Origin: Lytechinus pictus
Lineage: Eukaryota
DNA length: 64,000 bases
Reading direction: 5' to 3'
NCBI RefSeq assembly: GCF_037042905.1
Contig: NC_087252.1
Location: 26,476,001 to 26,540,000 of the forward strand
The position numbers and the translations under genes are program-made. Below are positions 53,610 to 64,000 of this stretch, piece after piece (within the stretch, counting starts at the first letter, position 1; every line of letters starts with the position of its first letter). The notes under the pieces were generated by a model. That model saw only the letters and a list, made by a program, of their open reading frames with translations. It had not been told where the DNA came from and did no database searches.

Positions 53610-54807
53610 GTTAAAACGATTTCAAAACGTAGACACACTGGTATGTGTCTACCAAATATTAATCACGGGATATCGAGTGGAATGTGAAAACATATGTTCA
53701 AAAGATCAACAACTCTGAAAAATTGCTTGCATAACACTTCATAGAGAGGCATGGGTGAAACAGATTCATTTACATTGCACATGTAGGAGGTGACAGTTGA
53801 AAAAAAATTGTCAAATCTAAAACAAAGATTCCAACAAATAAAATCTCTCTGAAATCATTCATAATCAAATAAACCGCCTACATGTACATGTACTTGCTTG
53901 TACGTGTACATGTATTTATGGCTAAACCATATTTTGAATAAACAATTTTTAAATTGTTAAATAATAAAATAAAACAATAGATTATGTGGCATCAAAATCA
54001 AATATTCATTTTCAGGCTGGAAATAATATAAACCACATACATGTACTTTGTGGTTTACCCATGTTTGATTATAAAATAATTTTTCATTTGGAGACTACTA
54101 AAACAAAAAAAATTATGTTATAAAAAATCTAACTCATTTCCAGGTTGGAAGTAATATAAAAATGAATGAAAAATAATTGCAATACAAGCACATGTACATC
54201 GACACGGCTCCGCCACAATCATGATACACTTATTGGAGCTGAACAAATTTGCAACTGAATTTTTAAATGTCAGAGTTCTTTTGATACGGTTCTTTAATCA
54301 GATTACTCTCCCCCCCCCGCGTTCTATCTTCCGCTAGTTTTCAGCCCACGTAAAAATCTCTACTTTCTCTCGCTTGCCCCCAACCCCCGATCCTTACGAG
54401 ACATCTCCCTGTGTTTGCATGTTCTCCTTTTTTCCACTGGTCATAACTGCAGTGTTTGCATCAAGCTGTGATCAAGGACATGACCTTGATTCATTCATAA
54501 CCATGTTCGAACATATGAATACATGGTCCTTAAATTGGCAATACATCAAGGTCTAAACCTAAAACAATGGCTGCAAAAGCTAAACCTGGGAGGGTGCGGT
54601 GTACAATAACGTTGAGAGAAAGTCTTTAAAGTCAGGGTTGATTATTGTTTATACCATTTCATGGTTACAATTCAAAATTAAAGTTCTGGCATAATATGCA
54701 ATTCAAAGTTTTGTTTCAAAATGATAAAATCCTGGCTGAAAAAGGAGTATTCTGATTTAAATCACCAACACAGATGAACACATGTGGGACCCCGTACCAT
54801 CATTCCG

Positions 54808-55121
54808 GACTTATCGCATTTACTACGGAGACACTCTCTAAAAACGCACCAATTCCTTTGAAACTGCAAGGTGAATCACAATGGAGAGCTGAGAGGCTTT
54901 CGTCGGAAGTTGGTGCACCGGGACAGTGTCGGAATCTCTCGACTCTGGACAACGGCTTTTTTGCAATTGTTCGTCTGGTGCAAATCTTTGGATGTCTGCT
55001 GTCCAAGTCCACAATTAGTTTTTGACAAAGCCTCTTACATGTAACTCTCCATTGTGATTTTAATTGCATTTTCAAAGGAATCGATGCATTGAGAGTGTCT
55101 CTGTAGTAAATGCGAAGACTC
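54808..55121. mobile_element. MITE with ~75-bp inverted arms
   Basis: tcgcatttactacggagacactctc / gagagtgtctctgtagtaaatgcga. Confidence 0.8.
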
Positions 55122-58100
55122 TCTAGTATTGCTTTGGAAAGAACCCTTTACTGGTAAAATGCTGAGGGCCTAGGCCCTAGAATAACTTGCATAGTCTGCT
55201 ACTCAACAATTAATCACTTATACCAGCATCATTTAGAACATCAACTTTATTTTCTCTTTCTGTTAAACACTTTTACCTAATATATTCATTTCATAAATCA
55301 TCCATTTCATGATCTGCTTGGAGATGAACTTGAAGTCGAATCATGTGCAATTACCTGGAACTGAAGTAAAGCCTATGCTTTTAATAACTTTATTTCATTT
55401 TGAACAATGTGGTTTTGTCCTGTATTTAACCTGCAGCAGTCGTGGGCAGACAGACATTTTGAGATTATATGTGGGCAGATTAAGACTGGAAATTACCATG
55501 CAATTTCATTTCCCTTTTTTTCTAATGCAAAGTGCATCGATTGAATGAGAATTCTGGAAGATGTATTAAATCATATTTGCTTGGGATTTTTTATTTGTAC
55601 AACAGCCCACTATAATGTACACTGTAGTATACATGATAATTATGGTGATATGAAAAGGTGGTGGGATGAAGAAGAGTATTTGGCTTTTAATAAGCCAAAT
55701 GTGGCTATCTTTGACCTTGATTTGATTTTTAGAATCAGTTCAAGTACATTGTAAATAGGAGTGGGTCAAATATGGGCTTTAATGAAGCCAAACAACTTGA
55801 GTATTCTCTCACTTCTGATTAGCAATGATTGAGTTGATAGCGAACATCAAATAACCTTGTTCAAATCAAATGATATAACAGAAGAGGAGACACTTTCAAC
55901 TAGCAGTAGTAATTTGTGTGTAATATTAAGAGTCATGGAAAATCAAAGTGCCCAATCTTTCTAACACATGATCTAGGCTGGTAATGATTCATACTGCATC
56001 ACCCTGAAGTACTGTATGTAAAGTATGAAATTAACAAAAGGCAAACAATAAAACAAATATTATTGTTGACTCTGAAATATTTTGACACCTAATCATTTAA
56101 AAAAGAGTATAAAGCACTGCAGTGAAATGTGGCTTTGTTTATGCCGCTCGACTGGTTACATTACCAAGTCAATGCCAAGATTTTTTTACCACAAAATTCA
56201 TAAATTAGTCAGTCTGCAAAACAATCAAATACAAACAAAAAAAATTAATTGCAAACGTTTCACTTTCACACTCTATCTGGTTTCAATACAAACCGCCAAC
56301 AGTTCAACCCCAAAATACAAACATACACTGTATTCTTACAAACAAAATGGCAACGTCAAACCATCAAAGACAATGCTTGCGCAATATTTGGTTAAATTCA
56401 ATCTGAGGCTTTTGTTTCGACTCCAAACATATTGTGTTGTTAAACCAGATGCTCTTCATTTCTAACAAAGATTTCTAGGTCATTATAAACACAAATCAAA
56501 TAGAAATTGAGAATAACTGGTGTTTATAACACTACTGCTATTTACAAAAAGGGAAAACCCCAAGTCCATGAAGGCTATTCTTAATGTGATTGTTCTAAAA
56601 ACAAATATTTGAACTGTTTTGATAGCTTAAGACATTAAATTGTCCTACTGTTTATACATGAAATTGCTCCTGTTTTTATGGTTGTATTCATTGGTTTGCA
56701 ATAAAATTTCAGGCTACTTTTAGCCTACACGTACACAAACTTCGTAAAAAGTGACGAGATAATAGTCGTGTCTTGTCAATCACATTGGTGCCTGGCTGTT
56801 CGGGAAACAGATTGACTTTGTGTTGAACAAGAGCACGAACTGCTTCAGATCCAATACGTTTATCTCATCGTGTTAACATGATGTTTAAAGACATTCCTAA
56901 CATCTTCAATATTTAATGAACACAACAGAACTATGAAAAGATGATTTGCACGTGTACATATGATTTCCAGTATAAGAAATCGATATAACAGCTTTGAAAT
57001 TTCCCACACAAAAGTTTTCAAATCTTTGTCGAGGGTGAGGGTTTCTGAAAAATTAGACAACAACCTTTGTGCTGTACGATCAATTTTATGCCGGCCTAAT
57101 CAGTTGCCTTAGTTAATTTCAATCCCACAATCCTCTTCCCCCTTTTGCGGAACACCGTCACCTCACATTGTACAAGATCAAAGACGGACCGCCAGAGGAC
57201 TTGTACAGGTGAACAAGCTATTTACCGGATTACAACATGGTAGGCTTTTTTTCCCCCTCTGTGTGGGGGTTGCTGGAAACTGCCACCACTTTCCCCCGCG
57301 ACAGTAATGGGATTTGAATGGCCCAGGGCCCGATTAAAAACGAAGGATGATAGTGGGGAGATGAGGACAAGCGGAGGCGGGTAATAGCGGAGGCGGGTAA
57401 ATCAGGGTGAGCAATTGAGGGGGCGTGGTCTTCGTTGTCTTAACCATTTCTCAGAATCTTGAACTTGGCATGTGTAATATGCTGGACGGAGAACCAATAA
57501 TGAGGACACTGTCATCTGTGCTCACGAGAATGCACGGCGTTGATAATAAACCCTGATAGTACAAATCACGAATGTCTTGATGAAGCCGTCTCAGCAATAC
57601 AGTGTTACGTTCATAATGTTGAGCATCAATGCTAAATGGGAAAACCGTCTAGGTAAAAATTCCTGTAAACTTGCAAGACTTGATTTCCTTCAAGGCCATT
57701 GAAGGCCACGACCATTGACTTACTTATTTCCTTTTTTTTTGCTGTGTGCCTAAAAGAAAAGTGGCCTTGACCTTCAAGCCCACAGGGAGGCCTGCATTAT
57801 ACCTGTAGGAAATACAACTGTTGTTGGCATTTCTATGCACAATTATCATGTATTACGAGTTACGAGTTTCAATTTACCATTTGGAATGGACTTCAAAAAT
57901 ATAATTTTTATTATCTCAGCAAAAGAAATCACTGGTAACTGTTTTTCATTCGCAATTACTGCAACTACATGAATGATCTAGTCTACATCAACGTGTATAA
58001 ACCAGATTGAGTATAACACCGACCTATTAAATAATTTTCTTTTATTCCAAGTATTGTGTGAATACCTGTCTGGTTAAAAAGCTGAATGGAATTCTTTGTT

Positions 58101-60646
58101 ACTTTTCTTCCAGAGTGAGCTCCATGTGTTGTCCCATGCAGCGGCTTTGCATGCCCGACCAAGTTTGCGCAATGCATTTCTTTGAAAACTGATGAATAGC
58201 GCAGGGTTAGTATTTGCATTCATAACGCTGACTCATTTGTGGAATGTATGCATACATCAATTATGAATATCACATTCATACTTCGCAATCAGAGGGGAAT
58301 AGCATTTTTCCATGGAGCTACTAAATTTTCCAAAGGCACATGTAGACCAATAGGTAGATGTAATACAAAAAGCTCGCAAAGACTCCTAGTGCTAACAAAA
58401 TTAAAAGCATAATACAAAATCTAGAATACATATATATAACAAATAATGCACAGGGATTTTAAGTTCAATTTTCCTGGTATGACTGAATTTCAGTATTTAC
58501 CTGTAGTTTTATTTTAAATCTTTATGAAGATAACATAGTGTTGCATGTTGAAATTCTATCTCTCATGTTTGATGAGCTATTTCTTGAACAATCTTTTTTG
58601 GAGAGGCAAATTGTTATTAAAGTTTGCTTCTTTTATCTTAGTTTTAAATACTTTAACCTATAATAATGATAATAACTACATGTAGTTACTATGAAATATT
58701 GGAAGCAGATCTTTGTTCTTTATTCTTTTGATTTCTAGCCTGTAAAATTAATTTCAAGTTCCAGCTTTATGAAGTAAAAGCTTGATCAGTTCTACTTTGA
58801 TATTAGATTAAAGAAACCATCTCCAGAGACTATAAACTCTCCAATGATCCACACGTTTCTTGCTACTGCCAAGTGAGGTGGCATATTGGTATTCATGAAA
58901 TTGTGTCCCTAACCCGTTTATTCCTAATCCTCCTCAGAGTCTGCACTCTGTTGAAACATAAATGTCTCCCATGCCATCCCTTTCTTTCAATCAAAATTTG
59001 TCCAAACTTCTAAATCCCGGTGTTACATCGTCAATAATTCACGTCCAATCCCACAAGACAATTTGTAATTTTACTTTTCTGATCGTGCTAATCGACTGCG
59101 CACCCTGCTAACTTTGAAATCGCTATCAATACTACATGTACGGTATGTAGGACAGTGGCAGCTAATTAATTAGCCGGACTACGGAGGTGTGTATAACCCC
59201 GTCTCGTCATCGGGTCATCTCGTGGGAATCATTCTCAAATTTCTTTTGATCCTGGATACTACACTACATATGTACAATGTAGATGGCCACCTCCTGGTGG
59301 GTGGCAGGGCCGATATTTTGACCCAGTAGCCTAGATAACAACTGACGAATAATATATACAAGTACCGTACGCTTCATAAAAAGAATTGTCAGTGACTTCA
59401 CTGATAACCTACTCAAATCCTTATATCTGATTGGCTAAGAACAAGACTGCGAGGGAGTTTCACAGAAAAAAAAGTTCATGAAATGCCTACACCCCCACCC
59501 CCTAAAAAAGAGAAAAATGACAGAAGAGGATGTTTAATAGGAAAAGAAATAAAATGATCGATGCAAAAAGAAAGCCGAAATTGAGATTAGGATCGAGAGG
59601 CAATGTCATGACATGTGAAAACAGATGCAAAAAGAAAAAAGGTCTCGATCAGATTCATGGGCGAAGCCATTGAGGTAATTCCTCAGCAACGTTTCAATGA
59701 CACGCTAGAGTAGCACCAGAAGCATACCCCCGATGGAGCCGCATCCTCGACCGGCGAGATCAAGACAGGGGTTGAGAGCGCACCGTGACATCTAGTCATG
59801 ATTAGGAAGTCACGATATCCAGTCTAAATGACATGATCTACTTTCATGCGCCGGTGCTTTAACTAATGAATACCCACGAACAAAGAAGCTTTAATAATAC
59901 TTTGGGTAAAACGCCATCCGCTGTATGAATGGGAAATGGCAAAATTTCAGGGTTGAGAACTGAAGGAAGACACAGATTCTTGTTTCTTGAATCATAAGTG
60001 GTGGCGAAGTATGGTAACCTCAAAACCTAGGTAAGAAAGGAAAATTGCCAGACACTAGAATGCAATTTATAACCTTGGAAAGCTTTGACAGAGTTCCACC
60101 TTCCCCTAACCACCCCCCCCCCCCTTAAAAAAAATAGAAGTAGAAATGTTAACTTGAAAAAGTTGTAAAAGTTCGGCTACTGAAATTGAACATTCCTCAC
60201 TGAGAATGAGAGTGAACTGTGCACTGCACAGATTTGAGAGTTTGCAACAACAAAAATGAACATGAAATGCACGAGATTGGGTGTCACAACAAACAATACT
60301 TGAACTTTATTATAAATAATACAGATATGGAGGGAAACCCTTTATAATATTTGATTTGATAAAACTCTTTGAAACTAATATAAAAATGGAATAATATGCA
60401 AAGTGACCTGCCTGCAGTCTCACATCTTGAATTTTTTTTCATACATGTATATTCACAATTCGATTATTTTTACAAGAATTAAAATTGCCGGGTGGTTTAC
60501 AGTCTGCAGCTCATAAACTTGACAGATTTTCTTCCTTAACTGTCATATTTAGAAAGTCGATTCTCACTTGTGGACATGTGAGAAATTTCAAGGGTCAACT
60601 GAAGAATTTGGTGCAATCAAATCACTGATACACCGCTTCTGACAAC

Positions 60647-62027
60647 CAAGCGGTCGGAATTACACGGGGGCGACGGGCGATTTCGCCCCCATGACAGCCC
60701 AAATCGCCCCTAAAAATTCTCAAAACCCAATGCTTTGGGGCGACTTTTTATTTCAGAATCGCCCCAATAAAATACCATCGACAATGTAAAAAATACTTCA
60801 CATAATTACGTTCTCCAGCGGCGGAGCAAGCGCATCTTTTATATCGCCCTTGCTAGCTTTAAGTTGAACGGTCGATGCAATATCCGAACCTTCCGTAACA
60901 CCGGAAGCTTCGCGATTGTAAAATAAATGCGCAATGCAATATGGGATGCGGAGTACGCATAGTCTTTAGCACGGGTTTTTTAGAATTATTGACGCACTTG
61001 CCGCATGGCTTATGTACGTACATATACACGTGCACGATTAGACTGCACAGCTGGTAACGAGACCACGTGCATCGTACGGTATATTATGTGTATTAGGCAT
61101 GCATGCACAGAATTGTATGCGATCAGCTGGTGATTGTGACAGCGCTGATTATCGACATCGTCGAATCGGAGTGCGCGATGGATAAGTTTCTAATTCTAGT
61201 TCAACCTGGCTCTGCCAAACGGCCAGAGCCAGCGCCAGAAACCTCTCCAAATCGAGATACTGTTGAGAAGGATAAGCCAAAAAAGAAACAGTACTGTACA
61301 GAGACAATCAACAATAAAGTCTTGGGGCTTTTAAAGTGTGTGAAGCTGAAGCTCTGTTGCACTAGCGTACCTACGCCTACGGGGGGGGGGGGGCAGTCCC
61401 TGACGAGTCACAACCCATGCACTTTTTTTTTTTTTTTTTTGCTTGTCAATTTTTTTCTGGTACGAAATCTTATATTTGTGGCGCCGCTTTTTATATTAGC
61501 TTCTAAAAGCTCAGAACATTTTTAACTGTAATTACTGTAGGCTACACTGCTACAGGCCTTACAATAAACAACAGTGATCCCACCAGAGCAGTGGCGTACC
61601 TAGGATTTTTCACAGGGGGGGGGGGCCAAATTCGTCCGCCCAAAAATGTGACAAGCAAAAAATAAATAAACAAGTCTTAGACTTATTTTTTTTTTTTTGC
61701 TTGTCACATTTTTTTTTTTTTTTTTGCTTGTCACATTTTTGGGCGAACGAATTTGCCCCCCCCCCCTGTGAAAAATCCTAGGTACGCCACTGCTCTGGTG
61801 GGATCACTGTTGTTTGTTGTAAGGCCTGTAGCCTACAGTAATTACAGTTAAAAATGTTCTGAGCTTTTAGGCATCACATTGCGTCTCGGAATGTCAAAAG
61901 GTAATTGCTGATATGCGATTAAAAAAAAGTAGCCCCATGAATTAGAAAATAGCCCCAAGATATTCAGTGGTAGCCCCAATGGAAAAAAAAAAGTAGCCCC
62001 TAAAAAAAAAAATTAATTCCTACCCTG
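60647..62027 (+). mobile_element. Internally deleted hAT-like element with a possible transposase N-terminal stub (MDKFL...KRP at 61178) and nested insertions
   Basis: ggtcggaatt / aattcctaccctg ends; tcgcccc repeats on the left and tagcccc repeats on the right; TSD not recognisable. Confidence 0.55.
61503..61870. repeat. ~370-bp near-perfect palindrome centred on aagtct-t-agactt (61672-61684)
   Basis: ctaaaagctcagaacatt...gtgacaagc mirrored by gcttgtcac...aatgttctgagcttttag. Confidence 0.95.
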
Positions 62028-62268
62028 GGTCAATTAAATGACCCTAGATGACCTGAACTTGAGGTCAAGTTCAAGAGAATATCTTTTTCCCATCTGTTGC
62101 AGTTGGGTGGTCACTGAGTACATGTAAACATCAGGTTTTTATGTACTTAAAATGAATTCAATTTCAACCTAGGTTTTAAAATCCTTTCACATCTTCACGA
62201 TTAAAAAAAAAACACCTACTCATATCCGGCCAGTTAATGAAGGTCTAACAGTACATGTCCATGAAGGA

Positions 62269-62478
62269 GGCGCGATAGCTCAGTCGGTAGAGCGGGGGAC
62301 TCGTATTCCGGTGACCCAGGTTCGATTCCCACTTGGTGCGCTAGTGCCCTTTGGTAAGGCATTAATCCTCAGTACCAGGTCCTTCGGAGGGGACCTTAAG
62401 CCGTCGGTCCTCTGGTTGCTTGCTTACAAGCATTCATGCTTTCTTAGCAATCAGGTAAAAAAATCACCACCAATCAAA
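62269..62478 (+). mobile_element. tRNA-derived SINE, apparently full length
   Basis: A box TAGCTCAGTCGG, B box GGTTCGATTCCC, broken T and acceptor stems, unrelated body whose 3' part recurs at 46061. Confidence 0.82.
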
Positions 62479-63891
62479 ACCAAAGTTTAAGATTTCATTA
62501 GTTTTTTGGAAGTGTGTTCTTGCTGACAGTTCTTATAAAAATATTTGCAAATCATTGTATTAAAGCAAGGATGGAGAATATTGAATAACCCCCCCCCCCC
62601 CAAAAAAAAAAAAAAACATAATGTCTCCAAATGTTGGCAACGTCTAGTATTGTTTTATTAATTTAGAAGTGCAAGAAAACGGGGCAAGGGCAAAAAATAC
62701 AAATTGTAGCACAAGTGTATTCTGGGAATCTGGGATTGTCTTTTTTAATACATAGGTGTCTTGTACAGGCTCCCCCCTGCTACGATCTCGCCCGCCGGCC
62801 ATCTTTTGATCCCACAAGCCTTTACAAACGGTGGGAAAATGGAAAGTGACATTTGGAGGCATAAATCCATTCTCTAACACGAGGAGAAGTGGGAGAGGTG
62901 ATCTAGATTATTTTCCACTCTTCTTCATTTTGTCTCTTTTTTCCCACCATAACCTGGTGCGCTGGGAGGTATTGTGTGGGAATATCACCACTTGAACCCA
63001 AACAAATTGATGGAATTTGAGAAATGCAAGCGTCTCCTCCTATATTGTTTCTCATAATTTGGTACATGTAGGTGAAAATACACACAGACGCAATCACATA
63101 TGTTGGAATGGGTAGCAAAATGATTGTTTTGACAGCCGAGGTGATGGTTATGTTGAAAAATCACCAACTGAACACAGCTTGTTGACATAATATATGTTCT
63201 AAACCTGCCTCCCATCAAAACCTTTTTCCCAAGAAAGAAAGAATTGAAAATTTAAAAGATAAGTTTACAAAAGTTTTAATATAAAAAACACTTAATATAG
63301 TCTCTTACCTCATTTTGCTCCCATTCCAAAACATGATGCCTCAAGTATATTCCCCAAAATATGAAATAAATAATATGATTCAATTTTTTTTGCCTCATGT
63401 CGCTTTGCCCCCTTCCCCATGCATGGCCTTTCATTTCTTTGTTCCAATGGAGGTGATTTCGAAGAATGGCATGCCAAAAATGGCATCTCTACAATTCTAC
63501 TTTCGTTTTCAAAACCACATCGGAGTATCTGCCAGGCTGTTCCAACAAAGGGGACAATGACATCTGGCACGGGCAAAGCAAAGAAAAAGAGGGGCTACTT
63601 TAATATTGCACAATTTTATGACTATGGAATGATACTGTAGATGCAGATTGGTATTAATAATACATGGACATGTATTAAAATCAAAGATAATCGAACAGAC
63701 AATCGAGGAACTAGAGGCCTAAACTGTACAGTCAGTGTGTAGTTTGTAACTTAATTTTATGGAAAATTGATAATTTAAATTTGTGGAAAATACAAGTAGA
63801 GTGGAGAAATTGCATTCACACATTTCCAACTTTAAACTAACTGAAGCTTGAAATGATTTTCAGTGAACACTTTGATTTATTTTTCAATTAA

Positions 63892-64000
63892 AGAGAAATT
63901 CCAGTAGTTGCAGTAAACACTGATTTCATGAGAAAGTCTGTAAAACCAGGCTTAATTGTCAGTATATCATCGAGGATCTAGATCTGGTACAGTTACATAA
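63892..64000. mobile_element. Start of a TTAA-flanked MITE (28530 family), truncated by the window end
   Basis: TTAA|AGAGAAATTCCAGTAGTTGCAG; homologous to the reverse complement of 28800-28911. Confidence 0.6.

Noticed and set aside
62269..62341. tRNA gene
   Set aside because: T and acceptor stems do not pair and the sequence continues into a dispersed repeat body, so it is a SINE.

Overview
AT-rich eukaryotic genomic DNA from an animal. The G-strings and dense MITEs suggest a marine invertebrate such as a sea urchin, but that is inference. Positions ~0.3-12.3 kb hold eight minus-strand coding exons of a DYRK1A/minibrain kinase, all with GT-AG boundaries and consistent phases; the 3' end of the gene lies before position 1. 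The remaining ~52 kb has no convincing CDS and reads as a large 5' intron or upstream region full of MITEs, hAT/Kolobok-type non-autonomous elements, tRNA-derived SINEs, local duplications and GC-richer islands with regulatory motifs. Three things stand out. (1) A second, highly diverged DYRK-like kinase sits inside one DYRK1A intron in the same orientation: a stop-free 50-codon exon with a GxGxxG loop ends at the same intron position and phase as the real exon, and decayed VAxK and IVxL..FxLLS motifs follow in kinase order. (2) Three exon boundaries are echoed as degenerate tandem arrays in the adjacent intron, with disabled donors or stop-generating decoy acceptors. (3) Several fold-back inversions occur, one of which buries a strong splice acceptor.
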